This document shows positions 11,881 to 24,239 of a stretch of DNA of 64,000 nt, in pieces (the first letter of the stretch is position 1; every line of letters starts with the position of its first letter). Position numbers and translations under genes: made by a program. The stretch lies in contig NW_017802379.1 in the NCBI RefSeq assembly GCF_001625305.1, positions 4,277,479 to 4,341,478 on the forward strand, written 5' to 3'. The notes below the pieces were generated by a model that was given only the letters and a program-made list of their open reading frames with translations, searched no databases and had not been told where the DNA came from. This stretch comes from Branchiostoma belcheri (lineage: Eukaryota).

Positions 11881-13744
11881 GTATGAACAACTGTTCCTGT
11901 AAAATAATCTAGGAAAAAATGTTGTGTTTCCTGACCGAGCCCAGAAAAACTGCTGATTTTTTTGGGGGGTGGACCCCTGCAAGGGACATTTTTCAAGCTG
12001 ATCAACCTTTTCTAGCTCCATAAAATGTTGTGCAATGTTGGTTTTCTATCATTGACATTGAAAATAAAAGTGTCCTCATGCAAGTTTTACTTTTTACTGT
12101 ATTGTATAAGTTGGACCCCTATATATCCCTGTAGTCCAAAAAAAAGATAATCCTTACCTACCGACCCTAATTTTTTTTCAGGACTGAAACAAGAAACACA
12201 ACATTTTTTTCCAAGTCCTCACATATGCTTTTTTATATTTACCTCCATTTCTTTGTTTGCAAAACTTGGAACATTCGACTACATGTGTAATTTTCAAATG
12301 TCACCTATATATAGGTTATAATGACATCTTCCGTCACAGATGACCTTTTTATACTAAGTTGCTTTGCTAGACAAACACTGAAACTAAAATGAATGGCTGG
12401 GTAGGATAATGCAGTAGAGCTGTAAATGGACATCCTACATTTTCTGTGTGCCCAGTTTATTTTGGGATAGTGCACAGTAAAAACACCCCGGATAGCCTAC
12501 TTCAAACCAAGGAGGTTTAAATCTCCTTGTTCAAACTGATTCCTTTGCAAATCAGGGCTTGACCACATGACAGGGAAATGGACACCTATGTGTTTGTGTT
12601 GTAGAGGTGAGCCATGACAAAACTAGTCCAGATCCCATTTGGTACAGGTCTCACCTTTCTCCTGAAACTGCATTTTCAAAACAGTCCAAGAAGCTGTGAA
12701 TTCTAACTGAGAGTGAGAGTGCAAGTATTCAGATGCGTGATTATCTGTTTGCAATATCTGACAACGATCTAAGCATTCTCGTATTCTCCTACCTGTTCCA
12801 GTGCATTTTTAGTTTTCAGTGTTTTGACCCTGTGACTGATCCAGTCACTGTGGTTGAACTGTTCTACTAGTTTGCCATGTGTTAATCAATGCTAAACCAA
12901 CAGGGGGAGCTTGTACACTACATGTAAACAGATGTAGCTGCCAAGTGTCCACCACAGACACACGCTCATGTGGTCCTGTTTAATATTTCTCTCAAGTCCA
13001 ATATTTTTCATGCTCAGCTATGAAACTTAAACTGATCAACAGCAATAGAAGACAATTTTGTATGTAACATAAAACATTTGCATGCATGAAGGAGTAGCTT
13101 CTGTCCTCAGATGCTTTGTGCTTCTAAAAAGCTACAAAATTATGCCAAGTTCAGAGCAGAAAAAAGGGGAAACTTTGCTGCTTGCTACTGGAAATTGTAA
13201 TCGGAAGAATTGCCCTGCATATGTTCTGTGCTATGCTTGAAGCGATTAACATTTTCAAGCTCAAATATCGTAGTTTACAAGACCAGTGAAGCAAAGAGAT
13301 CCCTTTGTGATGGATACAAAGGTTGCCATAAGTGTTGCTAATGGTATGGAAGACAAGTTGCTTCCCTCTCATTTTAATTTGCATAATCAAGGGGATCTGC
13401 ATAAGAACAGTCTGGAGGATACGTTTACAGGGGGTGAAAGGGTGCAACGATTGGTCTGCATTCTAAAGCAATCAATGGAGCAAGTAGCCGTAACCACCCA
13501 GCGTGGGTTACAGCTGTTTGGGTCGGTTAGATACATTTCTGGCGGTAACATTGTAACGTTTGCCGGGGCTTCTCTCGTTTTCCTGTGGTTGTTGGTGGAA
13601 ATATGGACCGTAACGTCTGCAATGTTCAGTGTAACCAGTTCCGAATGGTGTATGTCAATATAGGTAACTGCTTTTATCTTCTTCTGTATTTGTTGTAGTA
13701 TTTTGTATTGCTGTGTTTCTGATACATCTAGGTAACAGACAAGT

Positions 13745-14176
13745 TATCTGTGGTTGTTACTTTACAGTGTTCGAAATACCTGTCTGCAGTCTGCAATCTG
13801 CAGATAGATTTTCAAGATTGCAGAAGAAAAATTTATACAATCTGCAATTTTGCAGCAGTAAAAATTGGCACTTGGGATTTGGCGCTCTTGGCCCCAAGGA
13901 CAGACAACACTTAAGCTCCTATTCTGAAACAACAGGAGCTTCTTCACTAATTTGCATCAACCTTGTCTTGACTTGTCTATCTTTTGTTTCTTTTTGGACT
14001 TCCAAAAATTTGTCTTCACTAATTTGCATATCAATCAATAGTTCATGCTTATAAACCTGCAAGATTGTAGTATGGAGGCTTGTGTATTTGCAGAAAGTAT
14101 TTCCAAATTGCAGAACAAAATTTTGACTCTTCTGCAATATTGCAGAGCACTGAAAAAAAGTATTTCGACCACTGCT
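13745..14176. repeat. Foldback / MITE-like element with imperfect inverted termini, about 430 bp, inside intron 1 of the coiled-coil gene
   Basis: Left end cagtgttcgaaatacctgtctgcagtctgcaatctgcag. Right end ctgcaatattgcagagcactgaaaaaaagtatttcgaccactgc, which is the imperfect reverse complement of the left end. Internal direct repeats ttcactaatttgcat. Confidence 0.5.
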
Positions 14177-14941
14177 TTAAAATTAATAATTTTCTAAAGG
14201 CTGTCAACAGAGAGAATTGCCATTTTTGGTTTTAACACGGTACAATATGTCATTAACTTTTTGAGAAGGTGCATGTACTTGAACATTGTTGCCATCATTT
14301 TCCCTCAATGTATGTTACTTTTATGTCACTATCAGAACTCTGTATAACACAACATTGTCCCTTTTCTTGAGACTGTGTACTATAAACAGGGACATACAAA
14401 GGCCAACATCGAACCATTTTTCCTTTTCTATTGAACCGATGTTTAGGCAGCCAGGACGACACAATGTTTACATGTTTCTCTGTTGTATACTCAGGTTTCC
14501 TAAAGTTGAGATCTCAAATTTCTGCAAGGACAATGCCTAGTAATTCCCACAACCATCCTAAGAACGCGTCCTTATTCAGTCCAATTTAGACCCATCTAAA
14601 TGAGCCCAAGTACAGCATTTTCAATTTCATGCCAGACTGCACCTTTTGTGTTGGTTTGTTACTTCAGGGTTACTTTTAGTTTGGTTCGGATAAGTGGTAG
14701 TTTTCCTAAAGTGAGAGCGTTGGGGAGGGATGAAGTTTTGTTTGTACAGATTGTTTGACAATTTGTTGAGAATGGGTTACATTGCGTGCATTGTTCTCCA
14801 ATAGGCGTACATCAGTTGATACTTGTTTACTCTGTGGCAGGTGGGCAGCTGTATCAGATGTTTTGATGATACACCATTGGATAGGTTTAATTACAAAAAG
14901 TGTCATCTGTAAGTGTAACTATTTTGTCATTTGTTTTGCAG

Positions 14942-15000
14942 CAAATCACTACAGTCTTCCCAGCTATGACCCCCAGTATCAAAGTACGCCAAAATCAAAG
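14942..15000 (+). CDS. Coiled-coil gene exon 2 (NHYSLPSYDPQYQSTPKSK)
   Basis: Acceptor ttgttttgcag. Donor AAG|gtatgt. Phase-consistent. Confidence 0.65.
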
Positions 15001-15617
15001 GTATGTTGTACAAGCTTAAGATAAAGCTTCGAAATGACAAATTGTACCACCTGTGTATTAAGAAAATAGAGAGTCTGACAACAGTTAACATAGCAAATGA
15101 CTAAAAAGTATTAAATTTGTGATGTCAGAAATGGTAGAATTGTTTTTATTCTCCTTGCGGGAAGGCGACAGCTTGTCTATGGCAGTTATGCATTTGGGAG
15201 CTGTTTAATAAAAGCACTTAATATAAATAATATGTAATTTAGGTATAGTAGTTCTCCCATTTATCAATTATTCAGTGTTGAACCAACAGAAAGCTTGACT
15301 CTACTGTTTGCATGGTGGTGACCATGAAAGGTTTGATAAATGGATGTGAGAAACTCTATAGCTAGAATGGTTAGCTTTCAGCATTAAAAGGCTATTAGAA
15401 CTCTGACACTTGACGTTGTACTGAACAACAGATGTGCTAACAGCTGTGGCGTATGTGTATACTAGATACAGTTATTCATACAATTGATATTACTATTATC
15501 AGAGGTATCATATACTAATATAAAGGTTCTATAGAAGTCTGCCCATGAGGGTAGTAACATTTGATATCCACAGCTGATAGTTTGTTTTTGACTATTATAT
15601 GTTTTTCTCCCATCTAG

Positions 15618-15761
15618 GGTGGACGTTCCCTCGGCTACTCCCCTGCCCCACCCTCCACTGCTGCCTCCAGCTACCGCTCCCCCAGTCCTAACAGGGGAAC
15701 TCCCCCCAAGGGCAGGTCCAACAGCCCAACCCGCATGTACAATGGATCTCCCCCTAGACAG
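15618..15761 (+). CDS. Coiled-coil gene exon 3 (Ser/Pro-rich: GGRSLGYSPAPPSTAASSYRSPSPNRGTPPKGRSNSPTRMYNGSPPRQ)
   Basis: Acceptor catctag. The 3' end is ambiguous: either a GC donor CAG|gcaagg at 15761, or a canonical donor AAA|gtaaag at 15806 that adds 15 in-frame AT-rich codons. Confidence 0.6.
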
Positions 15762-15927
15762 GCAAGGAAACACAAATTTTTCTTGACAAATAAAAAAACT
15801 TCTAAAGTAAAGTGTTTTTGGTCTGTCTGGTGTAATTAACGGCAATTTTCTTGTAATAAGTGTTTGTAAAAGCTACATTTGTATTGTCATGAATTGTTAC
15901 TAACTAAATCCTTGTCTCCATTTACAG

Positions 15928-16120
15928 AACTATGTGACTGATCTGGAGCGTTCCACAATAGAGAAGCAGAGGAAAGAGCTGCAGCTGCTGATTGGTGAGC
16001 TGAAGGACCGTGACCGGGAGCTGAACGACATGGTGTCGGCGCACCAGAAGCAACTGGCCTCGTGGGAAGCCGACAGACAGCGTGTACTGACACTCGAGCA
16101 GAGGTGCTCCAGACTAGAAG
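15928..16120 (+). CDS. Coiled-coil gene exon 4 (NYVTDLERSTIEKQRKELQLLIGELKDRDRELNDMVSAHQKQLASWEADRQRVLTLEQRCSRLE)
   Basis: Acceptor ccatttacag. Donor AAG|gtaggg. Heptad coiled-coil. From memory this resembles the CCDC62 N-terminal coiled coil, unverified. Confidence 0.8.
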
Positions 16121-16512
16121 GTAGGGTTCAACTTCTGTCCAGCATTATAATGTTTCTTCTTGATTCACAAAGATGTTTAAGTGTTATTACATGTATCACA
16201 TTTCATATCATGTAAATGCGTAGGTACTGAAGAAGGACTTTGTAACATGGATAATCTTAAATGTTAGATACAAAATTGCAGGACAGTAATGTGTCAGACT
16301 CAGAGCTGTGAGCCACTGTAAGTTGTGACAATGCTGAAAATTTGCTTTTTAGATTTTATGGCAATCAACTTTTTTTTTATGCATCAGAGAATACACAGGG
16401 AGACCTTTCTCTGCTACATCAATGACATATTTACATACACAAATGTTTACAAGTTGTTTGGTATCTGACTTTGTTGGCTGATTCCTTTTCTGCTCTCTCA
16501 AATTTTGACCAG

Positions 16513-16679
16513 GAGATTTGCGGAACCGTTCAGAAGAGCTGAAGCACATGCACACCCAGATCAAAGTGGTGGAGTCCCAGGACCAGTCCAAGTCATGCGC
16601 CCTGGAGAGTACCCAGGCACAGCTGGTCAAGGAGACAGAGAGGGCCAGTCAGGCAGAGATGAGGGTGGAGATGCTGCAT
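16513..16679 (+). CDS. Coiled-coil gene exon 5
   Basis: Acceptor ttttgaccag. Donor CAT|gtgagt. Encodes DLRNRSEELKHMHTQIKVVESQDQSKSCALESTQAQLVKETERASQAEMRVEMLH. Confidence 0.8.
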
Positions 16680-17062
16680 GTGAGTTTCTCAAAGGATATA
16701 GCCTAAAATAGTGGCTTGAAATCGATTGTTCAAAAAAAGAAACACCTACTGAGGGCAAATTACTAATTAGACTTTGTAGGACATGCTTTTTGATAGATTT
16801 CTATTTGCTAATCATGTTCATATAACTGGACTCCCAAAAAGTGGCTACATTAGCAAACTGGTCTCTATGCAGAGATGGTCATGACTGTAAGATGATTCTG
16901 ACTTTAGGAATTCTGTTGAAATCTGTGCAGATTATTGTATACAGTGTGAAGATTGGTATCTTTTTTTGCATAGAGCCTTGTTTAAACATTCTGAAAGCTT
17001 GGAGACATCCACAGCTATGATCATGTTTACACACACAAACTACAACACCTTTTTGTCCACAG

Positions 17063-17242
17063 GAAAAGAACGAGAGTCTGAACACGTCCTTACGGGACAT
17101 CTCGACCAACCTGGGACACCTGGAGGCACGTGAGCAAGAGTTAGCCACCCTGCTACAGCTGAAGGACAAGGACCTCATGGAGGCATCCTCACACATCACG
17201 GAGATGAGCGCCAAGCTGAAAAGACTGGACCTCACATGTCGG
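17063..17242 (+). CDS. Coiled-coil gene exon 6
   Basis: Acceptor tttgtccacag. Donor CGG|gtaggt. Encodes EKNESLNTSLRDISTNLGHLEAREQELATLLQLKDKDLMEASSHITEMSAKLKRLDLTCR. Confidence 0.8.
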
Positions 17243-17409
17243 GTAGGTGTGGGCACTCTTTTTTTGTTTTGGTTATGTGCTGTCTTCTGATTGATAGATA
17301 AGTTTTCTGATTACTACCAAGTTTCTGTTAGCTTTCTAGCCTGAATCCTGCACCTATTTGGATTATACATGTAGTGTTGTTTATCATCTTTGCAACCATT
17401 CTGTTTCAG

Positions 17410-17503
17410 GAATGTCAGAAAGTGGAGTCTAACCTGAGGAGGGAGATGGCCGAGTGGAAGAGTAAATATGCAGAGTCCAGGAAAGAGATTGACAGGTTCA
17501 AAG
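17410..17503 (+). CDS. Coiled-coil gene exon 7
   Basis: Acceptor ctgtttcag. Donor AAAG|gtgtgg. Encodes ECQKVESNLRREMAEWKSKYAESRKEIDRFK. Confidence 0.8.
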
Positions 17504-17672
17504 GTGTGGCAGCTATGTTTTAGCCATGGGGACGACTACACATTTTCAGCTTTACATGAATTGCTAGATGAGACGGAGTGACAGTTTCTTTTGTTGTAAG
17601 TAATTAATCTATTTGATACGTTTTTCATGTGTGACTTTTAGCTTCTTAATTTTTTGCCTGTAATTTGTACAG

Positions 17673-17774
17673 AGGAAATGACAAAACAGCAGGCAGATGT
17701 AGAAGCTGTACAGGACAACCTCAGACGGGCACAGAACGAGTTAGAAGCAGCCAAGAAGGACCTGATATTGTCAG
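17673..17774 (+). CDS. Coiled-coil gene exon 8
   Basis: Acceptor taatttgtacag. Donor TCAG|gtaacc. Encodes EEMTKQQADVEAVQDNLRRAQNELEAAKKDLILS. Confidence 0.8.
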
Positions 17775-17938
17775 GTAACCAGTCATTTTAAATTTTATAT
17801 CATGTTACAGACGTGCATACCTTTGTCATTACTTACAATGTTCATGCATGTACTTACACTTGTAACCAACATATTGTGAGGTGTTTATTGCAGAGTACCA
17901 TAGATTGGGTTGATTTATCTCACTTGTATGATTTTCAG

Positions 17939-18027
17939 CGGAAAGAGAGAAGAGGAAAGATCAGCTGCTAGAACTGCAGAGGTCCAAACAGGAGAGGACG
18001 GATCAGGAGTTAGCCAGTCTTAGACAG
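17939..18027 (+). CDS. Coiled-coil gene exon 9
   Basis: Acceptor gattttcag. Donor CAG|gtagga. Encodes AEREKRKDQLLELQRSKQERTDQELASLRQ. Confidence 0.8.
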
Positions 18028-18204
18028 GTAGGATTTTTTGTAAAGTCCTGTCAAATGGTAAAATTGGGACAAAATGGTTCAGAGAAATCAGATAATACTT
18101 GATGCAGATTAGAAAAAATTCAAGAGTGAAGGTAGTTTTTCAAACTTGCATGAGATCTTTATACTCTTACTGTTGTGAAGTTGATGTGTTTGTTTTTATT
18201 TCAG

Positions 18205-18284
18205 ATATATGAGCGGCAGCAGAGAGACATTGCTTTGTTACAACTCAACCTGGACAACTCTAAAGACAGGCTCAGGAGCTCAGG
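18205..18284 (+). CDS. Coiled-coil gene exon 10
   Basis: Acceptor tttatttcag. Donor CAGG|gtaggt. Encodes IYERQQRDIALLQLNLDNSKDRLRSS. Confidence 0.8.
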
Positions 18285-18455
18285 GTAGGTTAGGCTGTGG
18301 ATTGTAAAATAAAACAGCAAAACATTTCATGTACCAAACAAAACACTGTACCTGCCAATGCACCATTTGTATATTCTTCTAAGCATGCATGAGGCCCGTA
18401 TCTGATACAATCTTTCAAACCCTTGTTCCTGTTTTGTTTTGGATGTTTTTTATAG

Positions 18456-18642
18456 AGGTGAACTTGAGCTGAGTGGTCCCAGAAGAAGCTCCTCCCCCTA
18501 CAGACCGTCCCTGTCTCCCCGCAGCAGTCCAGTCAGACCGCTCCCCTCACCGACACGAGGGAACCCGGGCCACGATAACGCTCAGGACGGGAACAGCTCG
18601 CTGAACAGATCCTCAGATAACGACAATCTCAGCATTAATGAT
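18456..18642 (+). CDS. Coiled-coil gene exon 11 (Ser/Pro/Arg-rich: GELELSGPRRSSSPYRPSLSPRSSPVRPLPSPTRGNPGHDNAQDGNSSLNRSSDNDNLSIND)
   Basis: Acceptor ttttttatag. Donor GAT|gtaagt. Confidence 0.8.
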
Positions 18643-18826
18643 GTAAGTTGGAATCAATTTTCAACTGAAACTGTGCAATCTTTATTACTCCTCAATACTA
18701 TTTGTGGTGAAATTTCTTTATGTCTTGTTGCCCTTTGGTAGAACAATCATAAGTTCAGCTATCATAATTGATACAGTTTCTTTCTACTGCGTTTCCTAAG
18801 CTTGATTTTCATTGGTCCTTCTGTAG

Positions 18827-18943
18827 CTTGAAACAGCCTCCCCAACCAGTAAGCTGCACCGACTGTTAGAGGAGTCTCGGCAGATGGTTGCCAATCTAGA
18901 GGAGCACACCACACTGCCCCTCCCTCCTAACACAAGCAAACAG
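18827..18943 (+). CDS. Coiled-coil gene exon 12
   Basis: Acceptor ccttctgtag. Donor CAG|gtatta. Encodes LETASPTSKLHRLLEESRQMVANLEEHTTLPLPPNTSKQ. Confidence 0.75.
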
Positions 18944-19163
18944 GTATTACCTGTGTTAACTGTGTGTGAGTGTGGTGCAGTGCAACTACTTTGAGGGAGG
19001 CTACTTGCCATATGGCAAGAGTACACCCTGTGTTGTTTTGTTGGAATGTTTTACTAATATGAAAACATGATTGTAGCTGGTTGTGTTACTAAGTGTGTGA
19101 CAGATAAGTTTGTATGCAGACATGCATCTGAATGGTGAATGGTGGTCTCCTTTGTTTTTTCAG

Positions 19164-19178
19164 ACACACGCACTCTGA
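19164..19178 (+). CDS. Coiled-coil gene terminal coding segment (THAL*)
   Basis: Acceptor tttgttttttcag and an immediate in-frame TGA. AATAAA lies near 19513. An alternative 3' exon at about 19549 (tcttctacag|ATGACAGAAGAGGG...) cannot be excluded. The model totals 509 aa. Confidence 0.45.
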   Translation, partial: THAL

Positions 19179-21084
19179 GCAGCACCCATACTAAGGTGGA
19201 GGTTAGGGTCTGACTTTGTGATTATTAACAAACCTGGGCTCCAAACTGTGTCTGTTGTGCCTGTTGAAATATTTTTTTTTGGCAGTTTGGAGTGCAGGAT
19301 AGTAGATGTAGTGTCTGTAGCACTTTGTTAGTTGCTCTAGTGAAAAAACCTTGTTGTAGCCTGCATGTCGTAGCAGCTATTGGTTCAACTGAGATGCAGC
19401 TTCCTCATTTTTTTTTCCACAGATGCTTTCAATGGTTTGCAACTTTCCATGGATTCTTTGCTAATTGAGATGTCCTTATGTTCAGACACAAGGAATCAAT
19501 GTTGATTTGTTGCTGTTTGGAAATAAATAATACTTGTCTTCTACAGATGACAGAAGAGGGTGAGGCTGAAGAAGAAGGAACACAAGAAAATGGAGAAATA
19601 TGAGGACAACAATTTTACAGACAAAATTGACCATCATACTCACAGATGTAGAGAAATTTTTCAATGATGTCATCTTTTTCTCCATCTTTTTCTTCTAGTT
19701 GGATGAATTTTTCAAAGAAAAACACAGCAAAGCTCTTGTACTAGTTATAGGAAAACTCAGAATTGATAGCTGATGGCAATGCAAAAAATCTATAAGAAAT
19801 TAGAGGCAATATTCAGAGACAGACATAAGATCACAAACTAAAAAAGTGTCGGCTTTTTGTTGCCACTTCATCATGCTTTTTGATAATTTGTTTATAACAT
19901 TGCATGTATTTAAAAGTCCCTTTCTAAATTGCACATTGGTGCCAAAGTACACTCAGATGCCACATTTGATCATATTCATAGAATTTTTATGGAAATTTTG
20001 TTTACTTTTTAGGCAACACCTTCTTTCACTGTTAAATGTTATAGTTATTTAGTATACTGTATGCATAGCTTGGAACCAGTAATATTAATCTCCCTTAGGC
20101 TCTACCAATATTATAGATGTTTATTTCTCTTTTATTCCACATGAACTTAAGTCAATACTGATGTTTCCAACTTAAGTCAATACTGATGTTTCCATTGTAT
20201 GGTTTGTAAGATGTCCCATTGATAACATTCCGTTTCAAAAGTGTTAGTGTCATATGATCCCTTGTTGTGGCATGTTCAACCATGTTTACTTCTCAACATC
20301 AAATGTGAACATTCCCAATGTACATAAATTATTCTATATTTTAATGAATGTGCTTTACCTCAAGCAAGATGTAATGACTTTTCTCAAGTATGAAAAGGAA
20401 TATACAGTATTTTCATTATGTAGTACTGAAGTATAGAGAATTTTGTAACTCTGTATATGCAGTGAGTCTCCAACATTTTGGTTATCATGGTATCAAGTAT
20501 GTTGTTGCAAGCCTTTCGATATGCCTGTATTGTATATTGCTTGCTGTTCAATGTTGTTCATATAAGTCATTACCACTCTGCTGGTTTTCATTTTTATTGA
20601 GATTACCGTATTAGCTACATATATTACAATGGTTTCAAAGCCACACATCTGTGATAATGCACATAATATCTACATTTGTATATTCAAGATCCTTAATATC
20701 TTGCCTTGTGATATTTTGATTTTGTACCCACTTTGTATTTGAACAATCAAAAGTAAATGTATTATTCTCAAGCAGTATGTGTCCTCTGTTGATAGTTGAT
20801 GGAAACCGAAGAAAATGAAGATTCAAGACTCCTAAAACTATTTATTTGACATAGAATGAGACAATAAAGCATTCAATAGTGCCAAATAATGTTTGGATGC
20901 AGGATAGATATAAAGACAAATAACAAGTCATCAAGAATTCTGATGATCTTTATTCAGACAATAATCTTTATATTTTTTCTAGTTGATTACAGAAACAATG
21001 TATAGCTAAACAAAAAAATGTTTACCACAAAGCACTGCTTTTTTCTATACAAGAAAATATTTCTGTATAGATCCCTTCCTTCAG

Positions 21085-21291
21085 CTATGAATTCTTCTTT
21101 ACCAAATGATCATAGGCATCCCATTGGATATTGACGTTTGGAGGAAGGTCTTTTTCAATCAGCTGATTGTAAACATCAGCGTCTACTACAGCTGTCTTGT
21201 AAAAGTCCAGCACATCTTGGAAGGTTTTCATATTTGCCAGCTCATTACTTGGAACTTCATGTCCAAACTCCTTGTAGCACCTTGACAAAAC
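21085..21291 (-). CDS. MRPL50: MRPL50 (mitochondrial ribosomal protein L50) exon 4, terminal
   Basis: VLSRCYKEFGHEVPSNELANMKTFQDVLDFYKTAVVDADVYNQLIEKDLPPNVNIQWDAY matches human ...GSSLPSNWQD...[36 protein letters not shown]. Acceptor tctttacag. Confidence 0.85.
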   Translation of the reverse strand, partial: VLSRCYKEFGHEVPSNELANMKTFQDVLDFYKTAVVDADVYNQLIEKDLPPNVNIQWDAYDHLVKKNS

Positions 21292-21489
21292 CTGTAAAGA
21301 AAAATAGATCAAGAAGACATTAAGACGAAACAGTCCACAAATCTATCTTGAAATCTAACAATGCCAAGCCAAAGCCAGGCCCTGAATATATCTCGCAAAA
21401 TTACAAATGACTCCAAAGCCACTCTAATGATGACTTCCATATCAAACTAGACATTAAATGTCTTTGAAGAATTATACATGTAACGTTAC

Positions 21490-21628
21490 CTGGAATTTGG
21501 TGCTGATGTTTTCAACACTGACGTTCCTCCATTTATCTGTTGGTCCTCCCCTGATCTCTGCTGCCATGCCTTCTAGTCTCTGCTGTAGGTCTGGTGGTGG
21601 CTGGTATGCTCTGGACTTTCGTGTGGGT
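21490..21628 (-). CDS. MRPL50: MRPL50 exon 3 (PTRKSRAYQPPPDLQQRLEGMAAEIRGGPTDKWRNVSVENISTKFQ)
   Basis: Matches human [24 protein letters not shown]. Acceptor tgtttttttcag. Donor CAG|gtaacg. Confidence 0.85.
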
Positions 21629-21871
21629 CTGAAAAAAACAGAGACAATTGAAGTATTTCTAAACTTTACAGAAACTCTCAGTATCTAAAAAGTACAGAAC
21701 AGCTGTGTGGATCAACCTGATCTTTATCAAGTTTATGCAGCTTACATTTATTGTGCAAAAATAGTGTGTTATGCAAATAAAGCTAATTTGCATGGGTAAT
21801 ATCAATAGGGTGCATGTATCATAGGATTAAATCTGACAATTGAGTAACAGCCACTGGGTAGATCAGATTAC

Positions 21872-21999
21872 CTCTGTGCCAGCAAGTCTTGGGTCTCCTG
21901 TTCAGCTGCTGCCAGCTCCTTGTCACCTGAACCTCCAAACAGACTGGACAGAAGTCCACCTCCTTCACTGTAGGCTCTACTACCGGTACATACTGTTGC
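21872..21999 (-). CDS. MRPL50: MRPL50 exon 2 (Gly/Ser-rich linker)
   Basis: Acceptor tttttggagcag. Donor AG|gtaatc. Phase-consistent. Confidence 0.65.
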
Positions 22000-22220
22000 C
22001 TGCTCCAAAAACAATCATATCGTATTTGTAAAACAAAAGAATATGATTACAACATAATTTGCTCAAAAACACAAACCATGCTTATAATTGAGTGTCAGCC
22101 TACCCCCCTCCCCAATAAAACATATCCACACTTCTTTCAAGAACCCAACGTTGTCACAAAATGAAACCGACTGTACACGATATTGAAAATTTATTGAGAC
22201 ATTTGGGGAAGAGTTAATAC

Positions 22221-22298
22221 CTGTTGTAAGTGTAAAGATCTTCTTGATAGAACAAAGAAAGTCCTCAGAAACGTTTTTCCAACCAAGGGCGCAGCCAT
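22221..22298 (-). CDS. MRPL50: MRPL50 exon 1 (MAAPLVGKTFLRTFFVLSRRSLHLQQ, mitochondrial presequence-like)
   Basis: ATG at 22298-22296. Donor CAG|gtatta. The N-terminus is basic and amphipathic. Confidence 0.75.
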
Positions 22299-22581
22299 TT
22301 TGACTCTCAAGTCTCGTACAAAAGCAGCTATCGTGAGAGTAAACGAGATTGAGCTTAATTCTAGGGACAAATCATTAATGCACCAAGGCTTCATATAGAT
22401 ACACATGAATAGTTGAGTAAGAGTTCAAATCACACCACTGTGCTGTACGACGACGAAGAAAATATTTGAATATGTAGGTTTTTTTTAATATACAAAAAGT
22501 CTATTTGAAAGATGTTAATTTTTGCGATTTCACCATGAAGATAAAACGTACTGTCCCCAAACACCAACCTACACATTCAAG
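22299..22581. promoter_or_regulatory. Compact bidirectional promoter shared head-to-head by MRPL50 (-) and the RSRC2-like gene (+)
   Basis: The two start codons sit only ~283 bp apart on opposite strands. Confidence 0.5.
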
Positions 22582-22674
22582 ATGGACGCCTTGGCTGGGT
22601 ACGACAGTGAAGGCAGTGAGTCCAATGATTCAGCATTCACCGACAAACCTCGCCCTTTCCCATTACAAAAACAG
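22582..22674 (+). CDS. RSRC2: RSRC2-like (arginine/serine-rich coiled-coil 2) exon 1 (MDALAGYDSEGSESNDSAFTDKPRPFPLQKQ)
   Basis: ATG at 22582. Donor CAG|gtgaga. Confidence 0.65.
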
Positions 22675-24239
22675 GTGAGATGCACATAATATACTTCATT
22701 GTATGCTTTCTGACAAAATCTGTTGCAGAAAAATGTGATTTTGTCGATATTTTATTGTTTTGTGTGTAGCACTCGACGGCAGCCGACGGACAACAACATT
22801 TCTTGCCAAATATGGCGGGGCACCCCCACTTGTACATGTTTGCAATGTTGTTTGAGGTTTCTGAAAATTTAATGAGATTCCATCAGTGTAATTAGTACTT
22901 TCTTACTGAAATTTAAAAAAAAGTTGAGCTCACAAGGATTGCATAATCAAGGCATTTTGCATGCTAATTTTCACCTACCCCATCTTGAGCTTCATGATTA
23001 GTGAGAGAGAAATTTTGTTGACAAAAAATTGTATTGTAAAATGTTCCTTTTCTCGTGGAAAATCATACCATATTCAACTTCATTGTAGAGATGCATTTTA
23101 TTTCAACGTTCGAAATTAGTGTCAGCATATAGTTCAAATTTACATGTAACATTAACGTTACTCGTTGGTGATGTGAACATGTATATTGTTTTGCATTGCC
23201 CCACTATGGTTATTTCACTGCGACCAAGTCTTTCCCCCTTCCCCAATGCAAAATTACTAGTGATCCCCATGAGATTTAACAGACAGTATATAACCAAGGA
23301 CATTATACATAACTTAGTGTATTGGTGGATTTATAATTTCCTCCGCAACATCTTTTGCACTGCAGTCATCAGATCTGATTAATTGCAGTATCTATCTTCC
23401 CAGATGTACTGACGAACAGCTTTCCTGTAACAGAATCTACTCAGCCCTATCTTTGCTATCATTAGTATGCAGGGTTTTACTTTCATCTGGAAACCCAATC
23501 ATCTGTACTCTGTTCAATTACACACAGATGTGCCTGTGGACTTGATGAAGTCCTGTAATTTTCAGGATGATTGACTGGGTGTTACCATTTCATCAAATTA
23601 TGTCTGGTACCGTACGGACATTGCCTCCACAATACATGTATGTTGATTGTCTCTCCAAGCTAATATCTGTTCCAGAGAAATTTTTGGTGCCAGTCCAATC
23701 TGGATTGACGCAATATGCATACCACCCATTCCATGCAATGTCATGCATACCATCCATGATGAAATAAAATGAATCCTTGACCTAGTCTTCTCATGTAGGC
23801 AAAGGTTTAATATTACCATGCAAAGGATGTCAAGGACAATGTCAACTCTGCTGACCTCATGAAAAGAGTCGTCTGCAGTAGCTATCCCCTTTGCACAAAG
23901 GAGCAATCATTTGATCACCCTTTACTTATGAGTCCTATAGAACTTCCTTTATTAATTTTTCAGAGGCTATGACTATAGTATGAGTATGAATATGAATACA
24001 GCTTTGAGAGAGATGGCTTGAAATGTTAGGAAGGAACTTGCTAAGAATACATGTAATGATGTATGTACAGTTTGCTAATATACTTTTGTACTTAAAGCAT
24101 GCTTAAGTGAATATTTTGTCTTAATTGTCATGTGACACATGTGAAAGGGGCTTTACAAGCAAAATGCACATAGTGTTTTTGTTTCATATTCAGCAGATAT
24201 CCTAGAAGTGATATTTTAAAAGCCTGTTCTATTTTACAG

